DNA from: a virus
Taxonomy: Duplodnaviria; Caudoviricetes
Virus record (IMG/VR): IMGVR_UViG_3300032080_000129
Span: 1-57,801 of that record
Reading direction: 5' to 3' (one strand)
Length of the DNA: 57,801 nt
Under the pieces are notes generated by a model. That model had not been told where the DNA came from. It saw only the letters and a program-made list of their open reading frames with translations, and did no database searches. Positions within the stretch are counted from its first letter, which is position 1, and each line of letters starts with the position of its first letter. This document shows positions 35,291 through 45,398 of the stretch, one piece after another. The position numbers were made by a program, and so were the translations under genes.

Positions 35291-38200
35291 TCACCTCCCT
35301 CCAGGGGTCAGTCGTCCGGTGACGACCGCATCGCGGGCCGTCTTCTCTACGTAGGCTTTCGTCCGGCGGTCACCCAGGAAGACCTCCACCGGATCTCGGG
35401 TGTCGCCCTCCTTCTGCACGATGTCGCCGTTGATGACGATTCGCGGTTCCCCGCCGCCGCTCAGCATCTCGGCCGATTCCGAAGGGTTGAAGACCCGCGC
35501 CGGGCCTTGAACGACCTCGGGCTTTCCGGTCTCGCCGGCGATCCCCCACTGCCCCGCCCCGATGTAGCCGCCGGTGGCGAACATCCCCGCGTAGCGACCA
35601 CCGGGGTAGGAGGCCTCGAAGTCGCGAATGGTGGTTCGCTGGGCCTCGGAGACGAGGAATCGCTTGCGGTAGTCGACGTTGAGCTGCGCTTCCAATTCCT
35701 TCAGCTCGGAGATCCCCGAGGTCGCATCGCCCACCTTCAGGGCCAGTTCCCGAATCGAGTTCTGGATCTCGAAGATGCGCCCGCCGAAAGCGCCGGCCTG
35801 CGGTTCAGAGGGCAGCGAGCCCAGGATCCCCTGCGGACCCGAGAGGCCCTGGATCTCTTCCAGCTCCCCCGCCCACGTTTCGTCGCGCATCGTCGTCGCG
35901 TTGGCGATCGCTTCCTCGAGCAGCGGGACCTTGTAGGCGGCTTTCTTGTACTGGGCGTAGGTGTTCGAGGGAACGCCAGCAGCGTCCTTGCCGGGCTTGC
36001 CTTTTTTCCCTTTCCCCGACCCGCTTTTGCCGCCCCCGGCGAAGTATTCGAGGACGCCGCCGAGCTGCTTTTTCCCTTTTCCGGCCGGAGCGACCACGCC
36101 TTTGTCGACGCCAACGTTCAGCGCTTCGATGTCGGCGATCTGCCGCTGGAAGTTCCCGATTTCCCGGGTCGCCGTCTCCTGGGCTCGCACCGTCGTGTTG
36201 CGCCAGGCCAGCAGTTGATTCAGCTGGTCTCCATAGGCCCCACGCTCCAGCCCTACGTAGGCATCGGTGACGTTTTCGGGCTCCAGGCTGACGAGTTGCG
36301 AGGCGTATTCTTCGCCCACGTCGGCGTTTCGCCGCAGGCCCGCCAACTGCGCTACGAGCTCGGGGAAGGCCGCACGTTTGCTGATTTTCCCGGCGACCCT
36401 CGCCTTGACCGCTTCGACGTGCTTCTTCTGCCGTTCGATGGTCTTCTCGCGCTGCTCTCGCCCGCGCTCCTGAGCTCGCTCCATCGCTTTCTCCAGGCTG
36501 CGGAAGTTCGACGGGTCCTGCCCCGTGATCTCGCCGTGGCCTTTCGCGTACTGGGCGAGGCTGGAGAGAACGTTGACCGCCCCCTGCGGTTTGGTCTGCG
36601 CCGCGGCCCGCTGCACGGCGTCCAAGACGTGGGCCCGCTCATCCTCCTCGAAGATCCCTGCGCGCCCCCAGAACTTGATCAGGCGCCAGAGCTTCGACTG
36701 CTTGGCTGGCAAGGACTTGGCTCCGTTGGCTTCGTCTTCGAGGGTTCGCAGGCGCTTTTCGTAGTTGGCCTTGCGCTGCTTGCCTTCGGCGGCTTTTTGC
36801 TGGCCGCCGGTAAGCCCGGCACTTTCCATGTCGGCCCCGGTCATAAGCCGCATCGCTTCCCTTGCGCCGTTCATCCGGTCGCTCATCGCTTTGACGCCCG
36901 AGCGCTCCCATTCGGTGTCGAAGAACTTGGCGGCTGCCGCCGCGCTCGGCTGGGAATTCAGCCCACCCTTGAGCCTTGAAGCCGGTTCGGGTCCGGACCA
37001 CATGAATTCCTGTTGGAAGGGGATGCTCGTCCAGGAAACGCCCTGGGACTCGGCCTGGGCCAGAAGCTGTTCCTCGAAGAAGTCGAATCCATATAGCCCT
37101 CGTCCACCGGTTCCGATCGACGCCGGATTCCACAAGGACTCGCGCCAGGCATTGCCGATGACCCCGGCGGCCCCCTTGTAGTTCAGCCCCCTACCGAGCA
37201 GATCCTTGCCGATGGTCAGGGCGACATTCTCCTGGGCCGGCGTGGCGTTGATGAAGCCCCCATCGGCGAGCTTTTGAATCAGCCCGCCGAGCTTGAAGAA
37301 CGCGATGTGGTTGTGCAGGCCCGAGCCGTAGTCGTGGATGTCGTTCTCGGTCACTCCGGCGATGTGCTGAGACACCCACGCCTGCATCGCCGTGCTCGGG
37401 GGAACGAAGTCGAACGCTCCCGGGTTGGCGGCGGTCCCCCGCATGTGCGAGGAGGTCGGCGAGCCGTTGGCCGCGGCATTCTCGGCCGCCGATCGCCAGT
37501 CTGAGGAAATCGAGGAACCGAACTTCTGCGCCAGGAAGTTGGCAACGGTGTAGGTATGGGAATCGACCCATGCGTTGTCGCCCAGCTGCTTCATTCCTGG
37601 AGGCGGGCCGATGAAGGCAGCGCCGTTGCCACCCCCCGCCGTTGACGTTTTCGGTCGCTGCTTCTCAACGAAGTCCCGAGCGGCGTTCCAGGCCAGGCTC
37701 GCCGCGCCCTGCCCGAGGTCTCGGAGCGGACCAGCAGGTCCCGCCATCTGCGGCTTGCCGTGCAGCCCGCCCTTCTGAAAGCGCGGCACCGCTGCGTTGC
37801 GAGCTTCGAGGTTCCGCTGGCCGTAGGCCCGCACTTCCGGCGGCAGGTAGACCCGCTCGCCGGGCTCAAGCGCCACAGGCGTCAATCCGCCTTTCTGGAA
37901 CGGCAGCGCCTTAACGGCTTCGCGGTTTTCAACGAAACTGCCGACCGGCAAGACGGTGCGGTAGGTGTCTCCCGAACCGGAGCCGGGGACGATAAAGCCG
38001 CCGGTCTGCTTGCTCTGCTCACCAGTGATCGTGTCGATGACGTCGCCGGCCGCTCGACCGATGGCGCTCCCTCCGGCACCGACGGTCTTCACCGTGAAGT
38101 CGACCCCCTTCTTCACCCCGAACGCAGAGAGGATCGAATCGACGTTGACTCCAAGGTCGCTGAGGTATCCGGACACAGCGGTAACTAGATCGGCGAAGAC

Positions 38201-41056
38201 CCCGGCTACGGCCCTTGCTCCCCTGCCTGCTTCCTTGGTGATCTGGTTACTCGTCTTGCCGAACCTCGTAACTAGGGAAGATTCGAGTCGCGCCGCGGAG
38301 CCTTTGACCAGCCTGCCGTCTGCCTCCATGCGGCGAGCCATCCCGATCATCGCGTCCTGGGCGGCTTCGCGAGCGCCTTTGGGCATCTTGTTGAGCGTCT
38401 TGATCTGAGCCGAGATCTGGCGGTTGTTGATCTTGCCGACCTCCGCCCAGCCCACCGAGAAGCCGCGGGCGATGCCGAGGGGGTCGCGCCCTTCGAACAG
38501 GCGCTGTTTCCGGGTCAGCGAGCGGATCATCTTCAGACCGACGTCGGTCTCGATCACGCCCTGGCGCATGCCCGCCCGAATCGCATCGATGCCGGCGCCC
38601 ATGTTCTGCGCCATTGCCTGGCGCCATTTTTCGGGGTTCTCCGCCCAGACTTCGTCGATGCCGGAGACGTTCTGCTGCATCACCGCGTGGATGTCCGTGA
38701 CGCGCGAGACGGCACCGGAGTGCAGGAGATCGAAACCCTTCTTGTAGGTGCCGATCGTTTCGACCCCGCGCTCTATCACCCTGTTAACGAGGTCAAGCTT
38801 CTGGCGGACGGTGTCCAGGGCCTCCGTGCTCGCTCCCTGCCCAGTCAAGTGCTTGAGTTCTTCTTGGAGTTCTGCGCGGAAGCCACGAAGACCCGAGCGC
38901 CCAACCCATTCCGGCGCCGACACCTTCACCCCCGCTAGTTCTCCAGGCGAATGAACAAGTTCCCCCTGGGAACCAAGGTCCATGCCTCGCATCATGTCCT
39001 TGATCTCTGGGAGGCGCCGATGCAGTCCTGCGAGGTAGTCCTCGGCGAGCTGGTCCCCCCAATCGTCGTGCGAACCCGACAGGAAGGTCGACACTCCCGC
39101 GCCAAGCGCCGCGCCGATCGCCGTACCAATACCAGGGGCAATGGCACTGCCCACGGCGGCCCCCACGCCCGCGCCTTCAAGAGCCACCCCGATTCTCTGC
39201 CCCGTATTTCCACTGACGATTTCCTTCGTGATCCCACCTACTAGCAGTCCTCCGAGCCCCCAGGTGGCCAGCCCGGTCATGGCTCGGGTGCCCGCACCTT
39301 TCAGCGCCGAGGCCATCTGAGGTCCAGCGGTGCGGATGTTGGATGCAAAGCTTCTGACGAACGAGCGGCTGCCGGCTTTCCCTCTACTGGCCATCTCTTT
39401 CTCGAGGTCCGGCAAGGCGTAGAGGCCACTCATTGCGGAGGACCCCGCGGCGATCTGGGCGGCTTCAGCTTCGGCCCGGCGAACCGAGGTTGAACCCAGC
39501 CAGTAGCGCGAGCTGGCGGCCGGGGCCGCACGAGAGGCAGCCGCTCCTGCAGCAGCCGCAGCGGTAACGGGAGTGGCCGGCGCGGCAGTAGCCGCAACCG
39601 TCTCGGCCATTCCCCTGGCGACCCCTAGCCCCATCAGGCGACCGATGGCTTTACCCGTCGCCAGCAGAGCGCCCTTTCCCCCTACGGCACGAATCACGAG
39701 CGCGACGGAGAACAATTTGCCCCACACGTTCAGCTCGCCCCAGGCACCCAGAATCCCCTTAACCAGAGCGCCAACGAACTGCGGCCCTGCCTTCACGGCC
39801 GCAGCCGTGCCCTTCTCCACCAGCTCGGGATAGATGTCGGCCGCCGCGTCGATAGTACGCTCGGTAATCAGGTCGAGAGACTTCAGGAACTTCTCTTCGC
39901 CCGAAAGGCTTCGGTCGTCGAAGATCGCTGAGACCTCGCGCGCCAGGTCGGTGGCGGCGTCGGTGGTGCCCTCAAGTGAAGGTCTGATGGTCTGGTAGAC
40001 CCGGATCCCCAGCGTCTCGGCCGCGCCCTGCATCTCTTCCAGCGAGCCCTGGAAGTTGTCCATTTTCTTGCGGGCGACTTCCTGGGCCGTCCCCTGCTTG
40101 GCGTTGGCCTGTTCCAGAGCGCGAATCGCTTTGGGCGACGATGCATAGAGAGCGTTGAGGGTTCGCACACCATCGGTGCCGGCCAAGATCGCGAGCGTCT
40201 TTGCCCTTTCGGATTTCGTCATGTCCTCGGTGGCCACCCGCAGTTCCCGCGAGATCCCTGCGCCGCGTTTCAGTTCACCGTTCTGGTTCTGCCAGTGAAT
40301 CCCTAGTTCCCTAGCAAGGTTGGCCTGTTTCTCGGTTGGTTTTAGGAGCTGGATCAAGGCGGTTTTCATCGAGGTGCCGGCGTCGGAGTTCTTGATCCCC
40401 GATTCCGCCAGCGCCTCCAGCACGGCGACGGTTTCGTTCATCCCGTAGCCAGCCAGCTTCGCCACCGAGCCACCCTGTTTAAGGGCCATCGCGAAGTCGC
40501 TGACATCGGCCGTGGTGCGATTAGCGGCCGTTGCCAGCATGTCGGCAATCGACACGGCTTCCTTGCCGCCGAGCCCAAACAGCTTCATCGAGTTGACCGT
40601 GGTTTCGGCTGCTACGCCGAGTTCAAGCTCGCCTGCCGCGGCCAGCGAGAGCGATGCCTGCACCCCGCCGCCATAGATCTGTTCGACTGACAGGCCGCCC
40701 TTGGCGAGTTCAGTCTGTGCTTCGCTGACCTCTCGAGCGGTGAACGCCGTGGATTCGCCGAGCTTCAGCGCTTGGCGTTCCAGGACCGCCATCTGCTTGC
40801 CACTGGCTCCAGAGACCGCCCCCAGGGAGTCGATCTGGCGTTCGAAGTCCATCCCGACCTTGGTGGCCGCAACGAGTGCCGCGCCCGTACCCACTGCCGC
40901 CGCCTTGACCCCGAGTTCGAGGCCTCGGCCCATACGCTGCCCGGCCTTCGCCGTGCGTTCCAGGCCTGCGTGGGTCGTAGCAAGACCCGCGTTCGTCTTG
41001 TTGATTCCCTTTGCCTGGACGAGGACGCTGAGGACCGCGGTCGGCACGGCGTTCAT
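35291..41056 (-). CDS. Tape measure protein (TP901-type) with peptidase M15-like and phage tail lysozyme-like domains
   Basis: 1921 aa; DFE...VSGA...ALKLG.ST.FTA.EV N-terminus; SDWRS..SSH..AFD..HNHI; GAAGVIGNAWRES.WNP. Confidence 0.95.
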   Translation of the reverse strand: MNAVPTAVLSVLVQAKGINKTNAGLATTHAGLERTAKAGQRMGRGLELGVKAAAVGTGAALVAATKVGMDFERQIDSLGAVSGASGKQMAVLERQALKLGESTAFTAREVSEAQTELAKGGLSVEQIYGGGVQASLSLAAAGELELGVAAETTVNSMKLFGLGGKEAVSIADMLATAANRTTADVSDFAMALKQGGSVAKLAGYGMNETVAVLEALAESGIKNSDAGTSMKTALIQLLKPTEKQANLARELGIHWQNQNGELKRGAGISRELRVATEDMTKSERAKTLAILAGTDGVRTLNALYASSPKAIRALEQANAKQGTAQEVARKKMDNFQGSLEEMQGAAETLGIRVYQTIRPSLEGTTDAATDLAREVSAIFDDRSLSGEEKFLKSLDLITERTIDAAADIYPELVEKGTAAAVKAGPQFVGALVKGILGAWGELNVWGKLFSVALVIRAVGGKGALLATGKAIGRLMGLGVARGMAETVAATAAPATPVTAAAAAGAAASRAAPAASSRYWLGSTSVRRAEAEAAQIAAGSSAMSGLYALPDLEKEMASRGKAGSRSFVRSFASNIRTAGPQMASALKGAGTRAMTGLATWGLGGLLVGGITKEIVSGNTGQRIGVALEGAGVGAAVGSAIAPGIGTAIGAALGAGVSTFLSGSHDDWGDQLAEDYLAGLHRRLPEIKDMMRGMDLGSQGELVHSPGELAGVKVSAPEWVGRSGLRGFRAELQEELKHLTGQGASTEALDTVRQKLDLVNRVIERGVETIGTYKKGFDLLHSGAVSRVTDIHAVMQQNVSGIDEVWAENPEKWRQAMAQNMGAGIDAIRAGMRQGVIETDVGLKMIRSLTRKQRLFEGRDPLGIARGFSVGWAEVGKINNRQISAQIKTLNKMPKGAREAAQDAMIGMARRMEADGRLVKGSAARLESSLVTRFGKTSNQITKEAGRGARAVAGVFADLVTAVSGYLSDLGVNVDSILSAFGVKKGVDFTVKTVGAGGSAIGRAAGDVIDTITGEQSKQTGGFIVPGSGSGDTYRTVLPVGSFVENREAVKALPFQKGGLTPVALEPGERVYLPPEVRAYGQRNLEARNAAVPRFQKGGLHGKPQMAGPAGPLRDLGQGAASLAWNAARDFVEKQRPKTSTAGGGNGAAFIGPPPGMKQLGDNAWVDSHTYTVANFLAQKFGSSISSDWRSAAENAAANGSPTSSHMRGTAANPGAFDFVPPSTAMQAWVSQHIAGVTENDIHDYGSGLHNHIAFFKLGGLIQKLADGGFINATPAQENVALTIGKDLLGRGLNYKGAAGVIGNAWRESLWNPASIGTGGRGLYGFDFFEEQLLAQAESQGVSWTSIPFQQEFMWSGPEPASRLKGGLNSQPSAAAAAKFFDTEWERSGVKAMSDRMNGAREAMRLMTGADMESAGLTGGQQKAAEGKQRKANYEKRLRTLEDEANGAKSLPAKQSKLWRLIKFWGRAGIFEEDERAHVLDAVQRAAAQTKPQGAVNVLSSLAQYAKGHGEITGQDPSNFRSLEKAMERAQERGREQREKTIERQKKHVEAVKARVAGKISKRAAFPELVAQLAGLRRNADVGEEYASQLVSLEPENVTDAYVGLERGAYGDQLNQLLAWRNTTVRAQETATREIGNFQRQIADIEALNVGVDKGVVAPAGKGKKQLGGVLEYFAGGGKSGSGKGKKGKPGKDAAGVPSNTYAQYKKAAYKVPLLEEAIANATTMRDETWAGELEEIQGLSGPQGILGSLPSEPQAGAFGGRIFEIQNSIRELALKVGDATSGISELKELEAQLNVDYRKRFLVSEAQRTTIRDFEASYPGGRYAGMFATGGYIGAGQWGIAGETGKPEVVQGPARVFNPSESAEMLSGGGEPRIVINGDIVQKEGDTRDPVEVFLGDRRTKAYVEKTARDAVVTGRLTPGGR

Positions 41057-41152
41057 CCAGGCTCCTTTCGTGGGTCGGGGGTAAGCGGTGGGCGGGACCG
41101 GCAGCGCGCGACCTGGCCGAAAGGCTTGCTCGCGGCTGCCGGTCCATCAGGG

Positions 41153-41299
41153 TCAGGAGGAGCTGCGTTCGGCCTCACGGCACCGAACGTTGTTGAAGGC
41201 CTTCCAGTAGTCGAACTCGGTCTCGGACATTCCCGAGCCGGGCGGAAGACCTTCTAGTTCGCCGACGGTCTTGTGCAGCCGCTCGGCGAGTTCGAACAT
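41153..41299 (-). CDS. Tail assembly chaperone extension (gpT-like)
   Basis: MFELAERLHKTVGELE...MSETEFDYWKAF; frame stays open upstream into the chaperone 3' end. Confidence 0.7.
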   Translation of the reverse strand: MFELAERLHKTVGELEGLPPGSGMSETEFDYWKAFNNVRCREAERSSS

Positions 41300-41312
41300 G
41301 AAGCGGAGGTCG

Positions 41313-41681
41313 CTACTCGGAGTCGTGAAACTCGGCCTCGCGCTTGGCGGCCTCCTCCTTCTTGTCGCCGCCGAGCTTGCCGGCGACGTCCAGCACCTTG
41401 TCGACCTTCGAGGCCGGCCACTTCGGGAGGAACTTCCGGACCTCTTTGACCGAGAGGTTCGGTTCGCGGACGGCGTGGGCGAACATGCGGCACTGGAACT
41501 CCATCACGTCGCCGACGTTGCCGTCCTCGTCGAGCAGGCCCTTGAGCAGTTTCGCCCGTCGGCCAGCCTCCAGCTCGCGGACCAGAACGTCGCCGCCGAG
41601 CTCCTCGTACTCGACCTCCTCCTCGCGGAAGCTGAACGTCTCGTGAGCAGCGTTGATCTGCTCTGGGGTAAGTCGTGGCAC
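41313..41681 (-). CDS. Tail assembly chaperone (gpG-like)
   Basis: Between major tail and tape measure genes; EELGGDVLVREL. Confidence 0.85.
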   Translation of the reverse strand: MPRLTPEQINAAHETFSFREEEVEYEELGGDVLVRELEAGRRAKLLKGLLDEDGNVGDVMEFQCRMFAHAVREPNLSVKEVRKFLPKWPASKVDKVLDVAGKLGGDKKEEAAKREAEFHDSE

Positions 41682-41696
41682 TTAAGGCGCTCCTTT

Positions 41697-42161
41697 CTAG
41701 ATTTCCGCCAGGAAGGCGTCGAGTTCGGCTTTGCTTTCGAATTCTTTGTAGCCGTGACGGCTGCCGTTTTTGAGCTCCAGCGTCATCGACTCCGGCTCTC
41801 CGACTTTGGCGCCGATCGGCGTGTATTTGTAGAGTTTCGCGACCATCACCATCGCCGGGTTGGCGGCGCTGATTTCTTCGTCGTCGGCCTTGACGACGAG
41901 GGGGAACGGCGCCCCGCTATCGAAGAGCGGTTTGCAGGTCTCGTGAATCGATCCCCCGGACCGGTCCTGAAATACCTGAACGGTGGCGGTTGCGGTCTTG
42001 AGACCCGTGCTCTCCTCCGAGTAGCCGCCACCCTGAAATCCAGTGACATCGTGCTCGGCGGAGCTGATCTCGATCCTCACTTCGTTGGACGAGTTCGAGA
42101 TATCGACACCGTCGATTTCGATCGCCGCGTCCAGAATCGGCTGCTTTGGTTCGGCAGGCAT
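41697..42161 (-). CDS. Major tail (tube) protein
   Basis: DVTGF.....TGLK, NP, GAKVGE pattern and position. Confidence 0.85.
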   Translation of the reverse strand: MPAEPKQPILDAAIEIDGVDISNSSNEVRIEISSAEHDVTGFQGGGYSEESTGLKTATATVQVFQDRSGGSIHETCKPLFDSGAPFPLVVKADDEEISAANPAMVMVAKLYKYTPIGAKVGEPESMTLELKNGSRHGYKEFESKAELDAFLAEI

Positions 42162-42196
42162 TGCCTACTCCTCCTTCGTGTTGGTTGCCGCCGGGC

Positions 42197-42466
42197 TCAG
42201 CCGGCTGGGTTGGCGGCGGCCTTGATCGCCTCGATAACCTCGTCCTTGTTGGCGAGGGTGTCGGGGCTCTTCACGCCGGCGATCTCCGCGAGTTCGTTCA
42301 GCTCGTCGCGGGTCTTGTCGGCTAGGCCGTCTCCGTCTTGTGCGAGGGCGATCCCGCCCCGGTCGATGGCGCGCTGCGCCGTCTCCTCGGGTAGGTCTGC
42401 CTCGAATTCCTCTCCCGGCTTGTGCCCGAACTGCGGCAGAGTCCCGGTGACGACGTACTTCGCCAA
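42197..42466 (-). CDS. Small structural-region protein with C-terminal Rho-N/HeH-like domain
   Basis: LADKTRDELNELAEIAGV....NKDEVIEAI. Confidence 0.7.
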   Translation of the reverse strand: MAKYVVTGTLPQFGHKPGEEFEADLPEETAQRAIDRGGIALAQDGDGLADKTRDELNELAEIAGVKSPDTLANKDEVIEAIKAAANPAG

Positions 42467-42476
42467 GGTCGTCCTC

Positions 42477-42836
42477 CTATTGCGTTACGACAACCCACTC
42501 GGCGCCGAGCACCGGGCCGTCTTTGGTCGGGTAGGTGCGCCAGCCGCTGGCGCTCACGATCTTGATTCCGCGGACAAGGCCGCCCAGGGTCTGGTCGCCC
42601 CGATAGAGGTAGTCGGCGACTGAGTCATCCTCGTTGGGGTCAAGTAGGTGGTCGAGTGCCTTCTGCACCTCGTGGTCCGCAGGGTCGCCGAGGTAGACCC
42701 GGACAAGCATCAGCGGCGAGGTCAACTGGCCCTTGAAGGTCTGCGGTGGCTTCTGGTCGCCGGTGATCACCTCTGCGGTCAGCTCGGCTGGTAGAGCAGC
42801 GCGAAGTGCCTCACGGATCTCGGTGAGTCGGGACAA
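42477..42836 (-). CDS. Tail completion/terminator-like protein
   Basis: TTG after GAGGAG; IREAL..., DQTLGGLV, GAEWVV. Confidence 0.7.
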   Translation of the reverse strand: MSRLTEIREALRAALPAELTAEVITGDQKPPQTFKGQLTSPLMLVRVYLGDPADHEVQKALDHLLDPNEDDSVADYLYRGDQTLGGLVRGIKIVSASGWRTYPTKDGPVLGAEWVVVTQ

Positions 42837-42853
42837 CAGGAACTCCTCTCGGG

Positions 42854-43267
42854 CTAGGTGAAGATTCGGTAGATGCCGCCGCGGTGGCGCCACTGCTCGC
42901 CGTTGGTCGTCTCGCCGTAGCGGACGGGTGACTCGCGGAGGATGTGAAGGCGTCGGCCGTTCGGTAGGGCTAGGCGGGCGCGGTGCAGCAGTTCCTTGCA
43001 GCGGGCATCGATCGCCTCGACCGTCGAGAGCGCCGATCCCCGACCGACGCCCTTGACCTGCCAGAGAGCGCGTTCGTTGCCCTCGTCGCCGAAGACCCAC
43101 TGCTCGGTACCGGCTTGGTGGCTGAAGATGACGTAGGGAGGGTCGCTTCCTGCCGGGGCCGCTCCCTCGTGGATCCCGTCAGGTTCGCCGAGGAGCGCTT
43201 GAAGGTCATCGTCGCCCGCGAGACGGGAGTAGATCGCGGCGCGCACCGGATCGGGTGCCGGGGGCAC
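42854..43267 (-). CDS. DUF3168-like tail terminator
   Basis: AIYSRLAGD..L.ALLG...AP....PYVIF. Confidence 0.8.
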   Translation of the reverse strand: MPPAPDPVRAAIYSRLAGDDDLQALLGEPDGIHEGAAPAGSDPPYVIFSHQAGTEQWVFGDEGNERALWQVKGVGRGSALSTVEAIDARCKELLHRARLALPNGRRLHILRESPVRYGETTNGEQWRHRGGIYRIFT

Positions 43268-43270
43268 CGC

Positions 43271-43408
43271 TCAGTCCTCCTCGCCGCAGCCGTGCGGCAC
43301 AAGTCCCTCGTCGAAGCAGGTCAGGCACCCGTCGCACTCGCCGTCGCAGTCCGGGCACTCCTCGTAGAGGAGGTCGGGGTCGAGGATGGGGACCGTGTCG
43401 AGGCTCAC
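43271..43408 (-). CDS. 45-aa Cys-rich protein
   Basis: ECPDCDG..CLTC..GLVPH; GTGA overlap. Confidence 0.55.
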   Translation of the reverse strand: MSLDTVPILDPDLLYEECPDCDGECDGCLTCFDEGLVPHGCGEED

Positions 43409-43608
43409 GCCAACGCGGTGTTGCCGTCGTCGTCGCGAGCGGCGAGTACTGGCGCCAGCCACGCGGGCGGCGAATCGCAGTCGTAGATGACGAGGGCGCC
43501 GTCGATGATGGCCCAGCCCTCTACGTTGTGATGCTCGGTGCAGGAGGCAAGCGCCGCCTCCTGATCCTTCGACGCAAGGATCTCTTGCAGGCGTTGCTCG
43601 GGGATCAT
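43405..43608 (-). CDS. Hypothetical protein
   Basis: ATGA overlap; AAGGAG RBS. Confidence 0.55.
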   Translation of the reverse strand: MIPEQRLQEILASKDQEAALASCTEHHNVEGWAIIDGALVIYDCDSPPAWLAPVLAARDDDGNTALA

Positions 43609-44042
43609 CGTTTCTCCTTCGCTTTTGGCCACTCGATGAGGGGCAGGCTGGGTGCAATCGCGTCAGCGAGGCCGTCAACGCCGAACTCCACATTGCGGCG
43701 GAAGTTGGCCATCAGCAGCTCATAGGTCGCTTGTGAGAACCCGTCCTTCGCATCGACTCGGACGATTTCGCAGGCCGGGTTGAGGTGGGCGTGGATCAGC
43801 TCGTGGACCACCGTGTGACGGATCTCCTCGGCTGGCTGCACACGGGTCGACTCGATGAAGGTCAGGTAGGCGAGCTTTCTGCCATCGACGCATTCGATGG
43901 AGGCCACGGGTTGATTCAGGCCCCACGGCAGAGCGATCTCCGGCTCGCCGATCCTGACGATGAACTCCCAATCCATCAGGGCGAGGCGGTCAGCGACCAG
44001 ACGGACATAATCCGCAAGACGTTGGGTGTCGGGTTTCGTCAC
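43605..44042 (-). CDS. Putative zincin metallopeptidase
   Basis: TVVHELIHAHL plus a downstream Glu. Confidence 0.7.
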   Translation of the reverse strand: MTKPDTQRLADYVRLVADRLALMDWEFIVRIGEPEIALPWGLNQPVASIECVDGRKLAYLTFIESTRVQPAEEIRHTVVHELIHAHLNPACEIVRVDAKDGFSQATYELLMANFRRNVEFGVDGLADAIAPSLPLIEWPKAKEKR

Positions 44043-44356
44043 CCGTAAACCTCCGCCATCCCGGCCATGAACGGCGCACGCGCCTCCTCGACCGAGGGAG
44101 CGAGCATCGGCTGCGGCTCCATGTGGACGGTGCCCAGCTCGTTGAAGATCGTGTGCTCAACGGGGTTGTAGACGGTGCCCTCCACCGCGCCCGTCATCTC
44201 GCCAGTCCAGCCGTTGCGCATCTGGCCCTTGTCGACCCGGGAGCGCAGCTTGCAGCCCGCCTCAATATCGAAGACCGTCTTCTCGACCACCAGCTGCGCA
44301 CGCGCCTCGGCACCCGCGATGATCGCCGGGATGCGACTCTTCAGGATTGCCGTCAC
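44039..44356 (-). CDS. HK97 gp10-like tail component
   Basis: VDKGQMRNG, FNELGT.HM.PQPML.P. Confidence 0.88.
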   Translation of the reverse strand: MTAILKSRIPAIIAGAEARAQLVVEKTVFDIEAGCKLRSRVDKGQMRNGWTGEMTGAVEGTVYNPVEHTIFNELGTVHMEPQPMLAPSVEEARAPFMAGMAEVYG

Positions 44357-44724
44357 AGTGCCTTCACCTCCACCCTGCGGGTTGCGTTGAGCGCCCCGAA
44401 CTCACGGAGCGCGGTGATCGAATAGGTGACGCCGTTGACCTCGCAGCGGTCTGAGGCGCTGACTTCGGTCCCGGATGGCCAGGCCGTGACATGGGTCGAT
44501 GCCTCGTTCAACTGATTCCCACCGGTGGAGCTGGCGCCGGTGCGGCCGATGACTGCAATCGAGCACGGCAGCTCCGGCCCCGGGGTGTAGGTCTCGTCGT
44601 GACTGCCGGCGCCGTCGGGTTTGCGCTCGTACCGGACGATGCGCCCGGTGTCGAGCAGCTGTTCCTCGGCATCGCTGCGGATCTCCGCCATCTCGGCCGG
44701 GGTGACGCCATCCCTCAGCGCCAC
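44353..44724 (-). CDS. Head closure protein
   Basis: DGAG..., P.GTEV...DR....GVTY.I; position. Confidence 0.8.
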   Translation of the reverse strand: MALRDGVTPAEMAEIRSDAEEQLLDTGRIVRYERKPDGAGSHDETYTPGPELPCSIAVIGRTGASSTGGNQLNEASTHVTAWPSGTEVSASDRCEVNGVTYSITALREFGALNATRRVEVKAL

Positions 44725-45299
44725 CAGGACCAGGCTCCTCGCCGCGAAGCTCGGCGGCGTCCGTCAGTGCGTCGTAGGCTCACGGAACCCGCGAGCGCCT
44801 TCCGGCCGAACTCTCGCGCCTGCTCGAGCAATTGCGCGTGGCGCTGGCTCCGCTTCAGCGACTGGCCGTCGACCGTGATGTCATAGCCCGCCTTCACCGC
44901 AGCGGCCCAGTCGGTCAAGACCTCGGCCGCAGCGACGTTCAGGTCATAGGCGAGACCGGTGAGAAGCAGGGCGTAAGTCGAGCGGTCAGTGTCGAACGTA
45001 ATGTGGCCATCCGGGTGAACCGTCGCACCCGGAACCGCCACCCCGCCACTATCGATGACGCTCGCTGCCTCGGCGTCGAGGGTGCCTCGCACTTCGGCCT
45101 GGGCCTCCCGCACTTCCAGCATTCCGGTGGCTCCGCGGGTAAACCGCTTGACGACCGGAGCCTGCACGAGCCGCTGGCTGACGTGCTTGTCGAGGACCGC
45201 TTGGAGCTGCTCATCGCTCCAGTAGGCGGTGCCCCCGATTTCGTACTGATCCTCCTCGACCGCAACCTTGCGGCGCAGTGCGTTAACGATCTGGGTCAC
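44715..45299 (-). CDS. Head-tail adaptor protein
   Basis: WSDEQLQ..LD, YDLN.AAAE, DGQSL.RSQ. Confidence 0.75.
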   Translation of the reverse strand: MTQIVNALRRKVAVEEDQYEIGGTAYWSDEQLQAVLDKHVSQRLVQAPVVKRFTRGATGMLEVREAQAEVRGTLDAEAASVIDSGGVAVPGATVHPDGHITFDTDRSTYALLLTGLAYDLNVAAAEVLTDWAAAVKAGYDITVDGQSLKRSQRHAQLLEQAREFGRKALAGSVSLRRTDGRRRASRRGAWSWWR

Positions 45300-45398
45300 A
45301 GCGCCTCCTTTCGGTCGTGGGTGCTGATCGCCGCGCCCGGGGTGCGACCCCGGGCTCTCCCATACGGGTGCATCGCTCGATGCTGCGCGGCTGGGGAA

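Noticed and set aside
34436-36979. 847-aa plus-strand ORF
   Set aside because: Antisense shadow of the tape measure and distal tail genes in high-GC DNA; no motifs
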